A DNA stretch of 64,000 bases from Acidobacteriota bacterium (GTDB lineage Bacteria; Acidobacteriota; UBA6911; RPQK01; JAJDTT01). A program made the translations under genes and the position numbers. Positions 19,819 through 30,039 of this stretch are shown piece by piece. Under the pieces are notes generated by a model that had not been told where the DNA came from, made no database searches, and saw nothing but the letters and a program-made list of their open reading frames with translations. Position 1 is the stretch's first letter. Each line of letters starts with the position of its first letter. Location of the stretch: the NCBI GenBank assembly GCA_965217775.1, contig CBDCJH010000002.1:5280001-5344000 (forward strand), read 5' to 3'.

Positions 19819-22444
19819 GGAGCATGTCCTGAAGCCGTTTCAGTTGAGTTCCAACGTCCTGCCGGCGCCGTCGCGCGCCGTCCACGATGTGGGCCGGAGC
19901 CTTGCGAACGAAGTTTTCGTTCTCCAGTTTGCGGTCGAGCCGAATCCGGTCTGCCTCGAGCCGGCCGATCTGACGTTGCAGCCGGTCCTTCTCCGCGGCC
20001 AGGTCGATGGCCTCGTCCAGCCGCAGGGAGAACTGGGTCGTGTTGGCCACGCCGGTGATGCGCAGTCCTTCCCGGCTCAGTCCGTCCCGAAACTCGATCT
20101 CGCTCAATCGGGCCAGATTTTTCAGGTGGTGAGTCTGAGATTCCAGGAAACCGCGGGTCGGAAACGAACAGGTGAACTCGGCGGGAAGGCGCCTCCTGGG
20201 GTCGATGTTGTTCTCGGCTCGAGCCGTTCGCAGCGCCGTGATCAACTCCTGGAGCTGGGTCATGCGGTCGATGTCATCCTGGTCGATCCATTCCGGCCGG
20301 GCCTCCGGAAAAGGGGCCAGCATGATGGTTTCGCCCGAATGCGGGAGCCGTTGCCAAAGCTCCTCCGTCAGGAAGGGCACGAAGGGGTGCAGCAACCGGA
20401 GAGAGCGTTCCAGGACATGGGCGGCGATCTGGGCGGCAACGGTGTCGCCGCCGCTGATTCGCCCTTTGATCAACTCGACGTACCAGTCGCAGAACTCATG
20501 CCAGAAGAAGTGGTAGAGATCGTTGCTGGCGCTGTGAATGAAAAACCGCTCCAGGTTCCTTTCCGTGTCCTGATTGATCTGCTGGAGCCGGCCCAGAATC
20601 CATCTGTCCTCCAGCCGCAGGGAACCCTTCTCCCAAAGTCTGCCGATATCCTCCTCATCGGCGGTCAGTCCCTGATCCAGGTTCAGCAGCAGATAGCGGG
20701 CGCCGTTCCAGATCTTGTTGCAGAAGGCCCGGTAGCCGGCCATACGGCTGATGGAGAATGGGATGTCGGCTCCGGGGGCGGCTGAGACCGCCAGTGTGAA
20801 ACGGACCGCATCGCACCCATACTCCTCGATGACCTCCAGCGGGTCGATGATGTTGCCCTTGGACTTGGACATCTTCTGCCCATGCTGGTCCCGGACCAGT
20901 CCGGTAATGAACACTTTCCTGAACGGCACGTCATCGCGGAAGCGGAGGCCGAGCATCATCATGCGGGCGATCCAGAAGAAGATGATGTCGAATCCCGTGA
21001 CCAGGGCACTGGTGGGGTAGAAGGTCTCCAGATCCCGCGTCCGGTCCGGCCAACCCAGAGTCGAGAAGGGCCAGAGACCGGAACTGAACCAGGTATCCAG
21101 GACATCCGATTCCTGAACCGGCCGGGCACTTCCGCAGCGGGAACAGGATTCGGGCTCGGTTCGGGCCACGGTCGAGTGGCCGCAGTCCTCGCAGGTCCAG
21201 GCGGGGATGCGGTGTCCCCACCAGAGTTGCCGGCTGATGCACCAGTCGTGGATGTTGGTCATCCAATCGGAATAGATCTTCGTGTAATTGCCGGGAACGA
21301 AAACGGTGGAACCGTCCTCGACTGCCTGGAGAGCGGTCTGGGCCAGCGGTTTCACCCGGACGAACCACTGCGTCGAAACCAGAGGCTCCACCACCGTCGA
21401 GCATCTCTGGCACCGCCCCACGTTGTGGTCGTGGGTCTCGACCCTCTCCAGCAAACCCAGGCGTTCCAACTCGGCGGCAACCCGGCGCCGGGCCTGGTAG
21501 CGATCCAGTCCGGCGAAAGCTCCCGCGTCGGCGGTCATCCGGCCGTCCTCGTCGATCACCTTCAGGATGGGTAGTTCATGGCGCCGGCCCGCTTCGAAGT
21601 CGTTGGGGTCGTGTCCCGGAGTGACCTTTACGGCTCCGGTCCCGAATTCGCGGTCGACGAAGGTGTCCTCGATGATGGGGATTTCCCGGTCCATCAAGGG
21701 CAGAACGGCGGTTCGGCCCCGGAGGTGGTGGTAGCGGCCGTCATCGGGATGAACCGCTACGGCCGTGTCCCCCAGCATGGTCTCGGGACGAGTGGTGGCC
21801 ACCACCAGAAACTCCTCCGAAGACTTGACCGGATAACGGATATGCCACAGGTGGCCCCGCGTGGGAGCGAACTCCACCTCGAGATCCGAGATGGCCGTGC
21901 GGCAACGGGGACACCAGTTGACCAGGTACTCCCCCTTGTAGATGAGCCCCTCTTCGTAGAGGCGGACGAAGACCTCTCTCACCGCCCGGGACAGCCCCTC
22001 GTCCAAGGTGAACCTCTGGCGGCTCCAGTCGCAGGAGCATCCCAGCTTGCGGATCTGGGAGAGAATGTTGTCCTCCGCTATCTTCTTCCACTTCCAGACC
22101 CGCTTCTCGAAGGCGGTCCGGCCCAGGTCCGAACGGGTCTTCCCCTCCTCTGCCAACTGGCGTTCCACCACGTTCTGGGTGGCGATTCCCGCGTGGTCCG
22201 TGCCCGGCAGCCAGAGGGTGTTGAAGCCCTTCATCCGCTTCCATCGGATCAGGATGTCCTGGAGCGTGCAGTTGAGGGCGTGGCCCATGTGCAGCGATCC
22301 GGTGACGTTCGGCGGAGGAATCACGATGGAATAGGCCGGCTTTCCGGAATCGGTGCGGCCCTTGAAGTAGCCCCTCTCTTCCCAGAGGGTGTACCACTTC
22401 CGTTCGACTCGTTTCGGCTCGTAGGTCTTGGGCAGGTTGATCAA
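19799..22444 (-). CDS. valS: Valyl-tRNA synthetase
   Basis: [30 protein letters not shown]-terminal coiled coil. Confidence 0.98.
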   Translation of the reverse strand: MINLPKTYEPKRVERKWYTLWEERGYFKGRTDSGKPAYSIVIPPPNVTGSLHMGHALNCTLQDILIRWKRMKGFNTLWLPGTDHAGIATQNVVERQLAEEGKTRSDLGRTAFEKRVWKWKKIAEDNILSQIRKLGCSCDWSRQRFTLDEGLSRAVREVFVRLYEEGLIYKGEYLVNWCPRCRTAISDLEVEFAPTRGHLWHIRYPVKSSEEFLVVATTRPETMLGDTAVAVHPDDGRYHHLRGRTAVLPLMDREIPIIEDTFVDREFGTGAVKVTPGHDPNDFEAGRRHELPILKVIDEDGRMTADAGAFAGLDRYQARRRVAAELERLGLLERVETHDHNVGRCQRCSTVVEPLVSTQWFVRVKPLAQTALQAVEDGSTVFVPGNYTKIYSDWMTNIHDWCISRQLWWGHRIPAWTCEDCGHSTVARTEPESCSRCGSARPVQESDVLDTWFSSGLWPFSTLGWPDRTRDLETFYPTSALVTGFDIIFFWIARMMMLGLRFRDDVPFRKVFITGLVRDQHGQKMSKSKGNIIDPLEVIEEYGCDAVRFTLAVSAAPGADIPFSISRMAGYRAFCNKIWNGARYLLLNLDQGLTADEEDIGRLWEKGSLRLEDRWILGRLQQINQDTERNLERFFIHSASNDLYHFFWHEFCDWYVELIKGRISGGDTVAAQIAAHVLERSLRLLHPFVPFLTEELWQRLPHSGETIMLAPFPEARPEWIDQDDIDRMTQLQELITALRTARAENNIDPRRRLPAEFTCSFPTRGFLESQTHHLKNLARLSEIEFRDGLSREGLRITGVANTTQFSLRLDEAIDLAAEKDRLQRQIGRLEADRIRLDRKLENENFVRKAPAHIVDGARRRRQDVGTQLKRLQDMLHGLPEP

Positions 22445-22593
22445 TCCGAATGCCCCGGTTGAATCGATGGATCGGGCTAGAAGAACGAGGGATTATAACA
22501 GACTCGCGGAGGGGCCCCGCCGCGATGGAACCGGGAATTCAACCCCGGATCGACGGCCGTTCCTGGAATGGTCGGGGCTTGATCGGCGCTCGG

Positions 22594-23583
22594 TCAACGA
22601 AGCGATTCGTCGCCCCCGGACTCCTCCATCTGGCGTTGCTCGGCGCGGCGGCGCGCCACCTCGTAGGGATCCTCGCGTCCGGTAAAGATCCCCAAGACGC
22701 CTCGGACGGGGGAGAGGATGGAGAATCCTTCCTTCTCGTATCGCTTCATGCGGGCCAGGTTCCGTGCGGCCTTGGCCTGGTCCAACTGCGGGACCGGCCT
22801 TTCCAGAAGCATCAGCTTCTCCCTGGCGTTGTCGAAGTAGGGGCTGAACTCATATTCTCGCGCCACAAAGGAATAGTAGACCGTCGCTTCCTCGACCCGT
22901 CCCAGATTCTCCAGAGACACGGCCAGGTGAAACAGGCTCGCGTCGAGCCGGCTGAACTCGTTGTATTCCTCCACCACCTCTTCGAATCGGTTGGCCGCGG
23001 CTGAGTATCGTTTTTTCCCAAAGTAGAAGTCGCCGACCCCGTGGACCCCCATGGCCAGTTCCTCGCGCACCTGCCGGAGAAACTCTTCCGCCGTCGGCAC
23101 ATACTCGCTGTCCGGGAAGTCATCCAGGAACTTCTTCAGTTCGATCTCCGCCTTGCGGGTGTAGGTGGGGTCCCGGTCATGAGGCTTCATGAGCCGGTAG
23201 TTGATGGCGGCGATCCTCATCTGGGCGTTGTCCGCGCTTTCATGGGTGGGGTAGAAAATGATGAAGTCCTTGTACTGGGCTTCCGCTTGGAGCAGATTCT
23301 CCTTGCCTCCTTCCTCGTAGTAGGAGTCGGCGATGGAGAGGAACGAGGTCGGTGTGTACTCGCTCTCGGGATAGGTGCTGATGAGCGTCTGGAAGGAGAG
23401 GCGCGACTTGATGAAATGCTTCTTGCCCAGGAACTTCATCCCGTTCTCGAAGAGGGTCTTGTCGGGCGCTACGGCCCCTTCCTGAAGATCCGCTCCTTTA
23501 CGGCCGCCGCAGGAGGCCAGAACGACCAGGAAACTCGACAGCAAGGTCAGCCTGATAACGGTTCTCATTTTCACTGTCCCCAT
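22594..23583 (-). CDS. bamD: Outer membrane protein assembly lipoprotein BamD
   Basis: Lipobox LASC and TPR repeats with the FIIFYP, DRDPTYT and FPDSEY pattern typical of BamD/YfiO. Confidence 0.85.
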   Translation of the reverse strand: MGTVKMRTVIRLTLLSSFLVVLASCGGRKGADLQEGAVAPDKTLFENGMKFLGKKHFIKSRLSFQTLISTYPESEYTPTSFLSIADSYYEEGGKENLLQAEAQYKDFIIFYPTHESADNAQMRIAAINYRLMKPHDRDPTYTRKAEIELKKFLDDFPDSEYVPTAEEFLRQVREELAMGVHGVGDFYFGKKRYSAAANRFEEVVEEYNEFSRLDASLFHLAVSLENLGRVEEATVYYSFVAREYEFSPYFDNAREKLMLLERPVPQLDQAKAARNLARMKRYEKEGFSILSPVRGVLGIFTGREDPYEVARRRAEQRQMEESGGDESLR

Positions 23584-23588
23584 TCAGA

Positions 23589-24254
23589 TTACGGCGACGC
23601 CTCGTCCGCCAGATTCTGCATCCGCCGAAACGTCTCGCTCGGAGAGGGCGTTCCGAAGATGGCCGAACCGGCCACCAGAATCTCTGCACCGGCCCGGACC
23701 GCATCCTGTGTATTGGCGGGTCCGATGCCGCCGTCGACTTCGATCTTGACCCGGAGATTGTCCCGGGCCGCCATCGCTTTCAATTTTCTCATTTTGTCGA
23801 AGCTCGTGGCAATGAAACGCTGGCCCGAAAAACCTGGATTCACCGACATGATCATGACGTGGTGGCACTTGGGGAGGATCTCCTCCAGGACTCCGACCGG
23901 CGTGTGCGGGTTCAGGGCCACGCCCGGTTTGGCCCCCTTTTCCCGGATCCTGTCCATTAGACGGTCCAAATGCAGAACTGTTTCATATTGGACGCTCAGA
24001 TAGTCCGATCCCGCGTCGATGAAAGCGTCCGCCATCTCTTCGGGGTTGGAGATCATGAGGTGGACATCCAGGACCATGTCGGTCTGCTTGCGCACCGCCT
24101 CGATCACCGGCAGACCGAAGCTCAGGTTGGGGACGAAATGTCCATCCATGACGTCCAAATGCAGGATCCGGGCTCCTGCCTGCTCCATTTCCCTGACGGA
24201 ACCTCCCAGGTCGAGAAAGTCGGCCGAGAGTAGAGACGGGGCGATCCAAGGCAT
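23589..24254 (-). CDS. rpe: Ribulose-phosphate 3-epimerase
   Basis: IAPSLLSADF, HLDVMDGHFVPN, MSVNPGF, EVDGG. Confidence 0.97.
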   Translation of the reverse strand: MPWIAPSLLSADFLDLGGSVREMEQAGARILHLDVMDGHFVPNLSFGLPVIEAVRKQTDMVLDVHLMISNPEEMADAFIDAGSDYLSVQYETVLHLDRLMDRIREKGAKPGVALNPHTPVGVLEEILPKCHHVMIMSVNPGFSGQRFIATSFDKMRKLKAMAARDNLRVKIEVDGGIGPANTQDAVRAGAEILVAGSAIFGTPSPSETFRRMQNLADEASP

Positions 24255-25012
24255 CAGCTGGCGACCTCCAGAATGATGGTGTCGTTTTCCTTCAACATGT
24301 TTCCCGGCCCGGGGTATTGGCGGACCACCCTGCCCCGAGTCCTCCTGGCCCCTCTGGTGTAATTGACCTGTGGTGACTCGAAGCCGTTCTCCCGAATGAG
24401 GGCCCGGACCCGGTTCAGATCCAAATCCCTGAAATCAGGCATGATGTAGCGTTGGACCCGCTTCTTGCCCACCAGGACGTCGACCCGGGCCGTGAGAACT
24501 TCCGTGGACCCCGGACCAGGGACTTGACGGATGATCTGGTCCGACTCCGCGTCGGCAAGGAAGATCTCGCTGGTGTGTCCTATCTCGTAACCGGACTGTT
24601 GTGTGACCAGGCGAGCGACCCGCTGTGTGGACCCGATAAGAACGGGGACGGGATTGTGTTGCACTCCCAGGCTCACCATCACCTGGACTCGCCCGTTGGC
24701 CTTGATGCGGACGCCTGGAGTGGGAATCTGAGAGACGACGGCACCGTTGGGAATCGACGCGTCGTAGACTTCTCCCGCCACCGCCATCCCCAGGCCGACC
24801 GCTTCGAGTTTCTTGTTTGCCTGTTCCATGTCGACTCGGATGACAGACGGGACCACGACCTCCGTCGCCCGGGTCGCCATGCGCATGCTGATGTTCAGGC
24901 TCAGCAGGAAGACGACCATCAGGACGCCGGCCAACAGGCCCAGCTTGACCACTGAAATAAACGGATTGCGCCGTTTCCCCGAACCCTTCTTCCTACGTCT
25001 CTTGGAGCCCAT
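24254..25012 (-). CDS. Membrane-anchored PASTA-domain protein
   Basis: Basic N-terminus, one TM helix, three PASTA repeats (VPSVI...VVSQIP; VPVLIG...IIRQVP; MPDFRD...VVRQYP). Confidence 0.85.
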   Translation of the reverse strand: MGSKRRRKKGSGKRRNPFISVVKLGLLAGVLMVVFLLSLNISMRMATRATEVVVPSVIRVDMEQANKKLEAVGLGMAVAGEVYDASIPNGAVVSQIPTPGVRIKANGRVQVMVSLGVQHNPVPVLIGSTQRVARLVTQQSGYEIGHTSEIFLADAESDQIIRQVPGPGSTEVLTARVDVLVGKKRVQRYIMPDFRDLDLNRVRALIRENGFESPQVNYTRGARRTRGRVVRQYPGPGNMLKENDTIILEVAS

Positions 25013-25086
25013 GCCCGATCTTTGCCTGTGGAGCAAACACGCTACCATACCGTCAGGGGCGACTCCAAGCGTTGGGAGCGGCGACT

Positions 25087-27003
25087 GTGCGCCAGGCTAA
25101 CTGGCACAAGATAGGCGGTGGAAGTCCGCCGAAACGAAGGACTAACCATCCACGTTTCTCCGCGAGCCGTGCGTGGGCACCCGTGAGGGTGTCGGCGAAG
25201 CGTCGGTAGCGGTGCGTATGGGCAGGCTATTGAGCATCGAAAGCTCCATGATCGGAAGTGCCGAGGCTGTAGTCGCGGTCGAAGGCAACACCGGCTGGAC
25301 CGCCCAGGTGAGGGCCGGCCGGGCTCCGCGGTGTCAAAGAACCCAGGCACGTACGCAAATCTTGTTCCGGGACCTGGGAGGGCTTCATTTCACGCCGGGG
25401 GGTCGCCCCGGGGTCGCATGAGAAAGGAGTAACCCGAAACTCATGATGGACGGAACGAAGCAATCGGATTCATCCATAGTAGCGATGAAGCGGGCGAACA
25501 AAGAGGGGCGACCCTCGGCGGAGCCGGTGGAGCGAAGGGATGGAACCAAGGGGAATTCGGTGAGCCAAAGCACGCGCCGGACGCAGAGTCGGGGGAGCGT
25601 GTCCCAAGCGGTGGACCGGATACGGCGAGCGATCGCGAGAAACCCCAAGGAGCGACTGACCGCGCTGCTGCACCATATCACTGTGGAGGCCCTGCGCCGC
25701 TCCTACCTCGGACTGAGGAAGGATGCTGCGCCGGGAATCGATGGGGTACGGTGGGAGGAGTACGGGGCGAAGCTGGAAGAGCGACTGCTGGACCTGCATC
25801 GCCGCGTGCACCGGGGCGCGTACCGAGCGCCTCCCGTCCGGCGGGTGAACATCCCCAAGCCGGATGGAAGGACACGACCGCTCGGCGTGGCCGCGCTGGA
25901 GGACAAGATCCTCCAGAAGGCAGTCGTGGACGAGCTCCTGACGCCGATTTACGAGGCGGAGTTTCTCGGGCTCAGCTACGGGTTCCGGCCCGGACGGAAG
26001 GCGCATGACGCGCTGGATGCACTGGCCTACGGGATCGAACGGCGGAAAGTCAATTGGATCGTGGACGCGGACATTTGGACGTTCTTTGATGCGATCGACC
26101 GGGACTGCCTGATGCAGTTCGTGGAACGGCGGATCGGAGACCGGCGGGTGCTGCGGCTGCTGCGCAAGTGGCTGAACGCCGGGGTGATGGAAGAAGGGAC
26201 CTGGTCGGACACGGGGAGAGGGACGCCTCAGGGCGCCAACGTCTCGCCGGTCATGGCCAACGTGTACCTGCACTACGTGCTGGACCAATGGTTCCATCGG
26301 ACGTGGCGCCCACGAGTCCCCAATGGCGAAGCGATCCTGGTGCGATATGCGGACGACTTCGTGGCCGGATTCCAGAGACGGGCGGACGCGAAACGGTTTC
26401 TCCGAGACCTGGGGGAACGGTGCGCCGAGTTCGGGCTGGAACTGCACCCGGAAAAGACGCGACTGGTGGAGTTCGGACGATTTGCGGCAGCGGATCGGCG
26501 ACGACGCGGGGAGCGGAAACCGGAGACGTTCGACTTTCTGGGGTTCACGCACTACTGTGCGAAGACCCGGAAGGGACGGTTCCGGCTGGGGCGGAAGCCA
26601 AGCGCGAAACGGATGAACCGGACCCTGCAACGGGTGGGGGAGAGGCTGTGGAGACAACGGCACGCGGATCACTGGGAGGTCGGGAAATGGTTGAGCCGGG
26701 TCCTGAACGGCTGGCTGAACTATTTTGCGGTTCCGGGGAGTACGCGCTGGCTGCGAGGTTTCTGCTATCTGCTGCAACGGCGGTGGCTGCGAGCCTTGCG
26801 CCGCCGGTCCCAACGCGACCGCTTCAGCTGGGGACGGTTGCGACGGATGACGGAATTGCTCTGGCCATCCGTGAAGATCCGTCACCCGTGGCCGGGGCAG
26901 CGGTTCCGCTGGCCGTCCACACCCAAGGTAGGAGCCGGATGCCTTAACGGGCACGTCCGGATCTGTGCGGGGGGCGGCAGGAAACTGCCGTTCCTACCGT
27001 GAC
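25087..27003 (+). mobile_element. Group II intron (IIB-type RNA, probably bacterial class E), full length
   Basis: 5' GTGCG at 25087. Domain V GAGCCGGATGC...GCACGTCCGGATC at 26932-26963 with an AGC triad. Domain VI with bulged A at 26996; 3' AC at 27002-27003. EBS1 and EBS2 match the 5' flank. Confidence 0.93.
25443..27002 (+). CDS. ltrA: Group II intron reverse transcriptase/maturase (no endonuclease domain)
   Basis: APGIDG, IPKPDGRTRPLG, SYGFRPGR, GTPQG, RYADDF, FDFLGFTH, GWLNYF, RHPWP. Confidence 0.95.
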   Translation: MMDGTKQSDSSIVAMKRANKEGRPSAEPVERRDGTKGNSVSQSTRRTQSRGSVSQAVDRIRRAIARNPKERLTALLHHITVEALRRSYLGLRKDAAPGIDGVRWEEYGAKLEERLLDLHRRVHRGAYRAPPVRRVNIPKPDGRTRPLGVAALEDKILQKAVVDELLTPIYEAEFLGLSYGFRPGRKAHDALDALAYGIERRKVNWIVDADIWTFFDAIDRDCLMQFVERRIGDRRVLRLLRKWLNAGVMEEGTWSDTGRGTPQGANVSPVMANVYLHYVLDQWFHRTWRPRVPNGEAILVRYADDFVAGFQRRADAKRFLRDLGERCAEFGLELHPEKTRLVEFGRFAAADRRRRGERKPETFDFLGFTHYCAKTRKGRFRLGRKPSAKRMNRTLQRVGERLWRQRHADHWEVGKWLSRVLNGWLNYFAVPGSTRWLRGFCYLLQRRWLRALRRRSQRDRFSWGRLRRMTELLWPSVKIRHPWPGQRFRWPSTPKVGAGCLNGHVRICAGGGRKLPFLP

Positions 27004-27029
27004 TTCTTGTCGCCGAACTCCAGAGTAAC

Positions 27030-27061
27030 GAGCGTGTGAGCGTGTGAGGATGTGAGCGTGG
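27030..27061. repeat. Short tandem repeat (GAGCGTGT) x ~4
   Basis: gagcgtgt gagcgtgt gaggatgt gagcgtgg, between the intron end and the rsmB stop. Confidence 0.6.
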
Positions 27062-27073
27062 AAGCGGCCGTCT

Positions 27074-28384
27074 TCAACCCCCGGTCCCGGGAGGCGTGGG
27101 GGAACTGGGAGTCCCCCCTCCCTTCCGGACCAGACACGCGGCGAAGAACGCCTCGCGCTTCAGGAAATCCTCCCCCGGCTGCCGCAGCAACTTGGCCTCC
27201 GGTTCCACGTCGAGCAGTTCCTCAACCACCCCAAGGTTCTCCTCCGGTTCCGTGGAACAGGTGGCGTAGATCATCTGCCCCCCGGGACGCAGCATTCGAA
27301 AACTGCTCCGCAAAAGGGAACGCTGAATCCGGGCCATTCGTTGGACGTCCTCCTCGGCAAGCCGCCACCGAATGTCCGGGTTGGCCCTCAAGGTGGCGGT
27401 CCCGGTGCAGGGGACATCCAACAGGATGAAGTCGAAGCGGTTCCGGAAAGGGGGGTGGACCAGATCGGCCTGCACGGCCCGGAGTTGCGGGATCCGGTAG
27501 AGGTCGGCTCTGGCTCTCATCTGACGAAGGCGGGACCAGCTGAGGTCACAACTGACAATACGGGAATCGGATCGTTTGCGGGCCTGAAGAATGAACGATT
27601 TCCCCCCGGGAGCCGCGCAGAAATCGCCCAGCACCCGGCACCGGCTGAGGTCGCCGAGGTGAGCGACTGCCTGACTGGCCGGACTCATCAGGAAGCAGTG
27701 ACCTCGACGGTAGAGGGGATGCCTGACGAATGACCTGGAGTTCACTCTGACGCAATGGGGAAGGCGGGGATGAAGTTGAAAGGGGACTCCTTCCCGGTCC
27801 AGCCGCCGGCAGAATTGCTCTCGCGTCGTACGGAATGGATTGACCCAGAGATGCAGCAGCGGCGGGCGGTTGTTTCTCTCCAGGATCGTCTGCGTTCCCT
27901 CGTGGCCGTATCTTGTGAGGTACCGGCGCACAAGCCATTCGGGGTGACTGAAACGGATGGACAGACTCCGGGTGTCGTCCGCTTCCGGAGCAGTGGTCCG
28001 TTTCCGGAGGAAACGACGGAGGACGGCGTTGACCAGGGGTCCGGCGGAGGATTTTCGGAATTCCCTGCAGAGCCGGACCGACTCGTGAACCGCGGCGCGC
28101 TCCGGAATCCTCAGGTAATTGAGTTGAAACAGGCCCACACGCAGGATCTGGAGCACTTCCGGATCCAAGCGGGACCGGGGACGCTCCAACAAAGAATCCA
28201 GTTGATAGTCCAGGAGGGAGCGGTTTCGAAGGACGCCGTAGGCCAGTTCCGTCGCCAGTCGTCTGTCTCGCTCCGGCAGAGAGTCGAAATCGGAGGTTTC
28301 GAAATGGGTTTCCAGGGAGACCCGCCGGCCGCTTTCACTGTCCAGGAGCACCCGCAGGGCCACGGACCTGGCCGTGCGCTTCAC
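27074..28384 (-). CDS. rsmB: 16S rRNA m5C967 methyltransferase
   Basis: NusB-like N-terminus, SHPEWL, DFCAAPGGKS, DVPCTGT, YATCS. Confidence 0.92.
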   Translation of the reverse strand: MKRTARSVALRVLLDSESGRRVSLETHFETSDFDSLPERDRRLATELAYGVLRNRSLLDYQLDSLLERPRSRLDPEVLQILRVGLFQLNYLRIPERAAVHESVRLCREFRKSSAGPLVNAVLRRFLRKRTTAPEADDTRSLSIRFSHPEWLVRRYLTRYGHEGTQTILERNNRPPLLHLWVNPFRTTREQFCRRLDREGVPFQLHPRLPHCVRVNSRSFVRHPLYRRGHCFLMSPASQAVAHLGDLSRCRVLGDFCAAPGGKSFILQARKRSDSRIVSCDLSWSRLRQMRARADLYRIPQLRAVQADLVHPPFRNRFDFILLDVPCTGTATLRANPDIRWRLAEEDVQRMARIQRSLLRSSFRMLRPGGQMIYATCSTEPEENLGVVEELLDVEPEAKLLRQPGEDFLKREAFFAACLVRKGGGTPSSPTPPGTGG

Positions 28385-29412
28385 CCGCGAGCTCCCAGCC
28401 GTTCTCCCGTCTTCAGTTTCATCCCGTTGGTGAAGTCCCGGGCCGGCAGGCGGCCCCGGTTGGCCAACTGGAGCTCCAAGAGTTCGAGCGAGCTGTTCTC
28501 ACCGCATCCCACCAGAATGGCCCCCTGTTGGGTGGTGCGAATCTGGCCGCCTGAGACTGGGAAGGCGGAGGCGTGAGGATTGCGGCTTCGCCAGATCTTC
28601 AGGCGCTCCCCGCGAAAACGGGTGAAAGCGCCGGGCCGGGGGTTGAAGGCGCGGATCTGGTCATGGATCCGGCTTGCCGACAGGGTCCAGTCGATACGCG
28701 CGTCCTCCTTCCGGATGAGAGGGGCGAGAGTCGCTCGCTCATGGTCTTGAGGGCGGCCCTGGAGCTCACCCGAGAGGTAGGAGGGCAGGGTTTCGAGCAG
28801 GAGTTCGACACCCTGCCGGGAGAGTTGCCGTTCGAGTTCCCCCGATGTGACGTCGGGTTCGATGGAGGTCCTGGCTTGAGCCAGCACGTCACCCGTATCC
28901 ATGCCCTCGTCCAACTTCATGATGGTCACTCCGGTCTCATTCTCTCCCTTCAGAATGGCGTGGACGACGGGTGCGGCACCGCGGTATCGGGGCAGGAGGG
29001 AGGTGTGGACATTGAGGCTGCCGAAGGCAGGCCAGTCGAAGAACTCGCGCGGAAGGATCTGTCCGAAGGCGACGACCACCATGACCTCGGGCCGAACTTG
29101 CCGGAGGAATTCCAGGGCCTCGACGCTTCCTCGGACCCTGGCACACTGGAAGATCGGCAGCTTGAGCTGCCGGGCCGTGACCTTGACCGGCGGCGGCGAC
29201 AACTTGCGTCCCCTGCCGCTTCTGCGATCCGGCTGAGTGACGACCCCGGCCAACTCCAGGCCGAGGCGGGTTTGATTCTGAGCCAATGCCTCGAGAAACG
29301 TCCGTGCGAAATCGGGCGTCCCCAGAAACAGGACTCGGAGTCTGCGCGGTAGGAATGATCGTAGCGAGAAAGCGGGGAATCGAGGCCGGATTTTCTCGAT
29401 TCGGAGGTGCAT
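28381..29412 (-). CDS. fmt: Methionyl-tRNA formyltransferase
   Basis: FLGTPDFA, VVTQPDR, NVHTSLLPRYRGAAP, GMDTGD; start codon uncertain. Confidence 0.93.
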   Translation of the reverse strand: MHLRIEKIRPRFPAFSLRSFLPRRLRVLFLGTPDFARTFLEALAQNQTRLGLELAGVVTQPDRRSGRGRKLSPPPVKVTARQLKLPIFQCARVRGSVEALEFLRQVRPEVMVVVAFGQILPREFFDWPAFGSLNVHTSLLPRYRGAAPVVHAILKGENETGVTIMKLDEGMDTGDVLAQARTSIEPDVTSGELERQLSRQGVELLLETLPSYLSGELQGRPQDHERATLAPLIRKEDARIDWTLSASRIHDQIRAFNPRPGAFTRFRGERLKIWRSRNPHASAFPVSGGQIRTTQQGAILVGCGENSSLELLELQLANRGRLPARDFTNGMKLKTGERLGARG

Positions 29413-29502
29413 AGTTGTTCTATTCGCCGAGAAATCGAGGAAATATGGATCGATTCTACCGCTTTCGCAGTAGCTCAATTTCTGCGGCGCAGGCTCCTCG
29501 CA

Positions 29503-30012
29503 TCACCAATCCCCGGAGCGGATCAGCTTGCGGATCTTGCGCTTGATCAGGTCTCGTTTGAAGAAGGAAATCCGGTCCAGATAGAGAATCCCGTCCAGGT
29601 GGTCCACCTCATGGCAGAGGGCCCGAGCCAGAAGGTCCTCGGCCTCCAATTCGACCCGATTCCCCCGGGTGTCCTGTCCGGCGATTCGAATCCGCTGCGG
29701 CCGATCCACCAGGGCCGTGAACCCGGGGATGCTGAGGCACCCCTCCTCCCCCTTCTGCTCCCCCTCTGCTTCGAGAATCTCCGGATTGACCAGAATGATC
29801 TGGTTCCCTTTCTCCTCCCCGGCACTGATATCCACGACCAGGAGCCGGAGGTTCACCCCCACCTGTGGAGCCGCCAAGCCGATTCCGGGGGCGGCGTACA
29901 TGGTCTCCAGCATGTCCCGGGCCAACTCTCGCAACTTCCGGTCGAAGGTCTCGACCGGTTCACTCTTGCGTTGAAGTTCGGGAGCCCCGAACTTGAGGAG
30001 GGGTCTCATCAT
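29503..30012 (-). CDS. def: Peptide deformylase
   Basis: GIGLAAPQVG, EGCLS, HEVDH. Confidence 0.97.
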   Translation of the reverse strand: MMRPLLKFGAPELQRKSEPVETFDRKLRELARDMLETMYAAPGIGLAAPQVGVNLRLLVVDISAGEEKGNQIILVNPEILEAEGEQKGEEGCLSIPGFTALVDRPQRIRIAGQDTRGNRVELEAEDLLARALCHEVDHLDGILYLDRISFFKRDLIKRKIRKLIRSGDW

Positions 30013-30039
30013 TCCCGGTTCCTGGAACTCGGGGCGCGG

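Noticed and set aside
25443-27002. RT as part of a retron, DGR or Abi system
   Set aside because: It is embedded in a full group II intron RNA with domains V and VI and EBS/IBS pairing, and has a maturase X domain.
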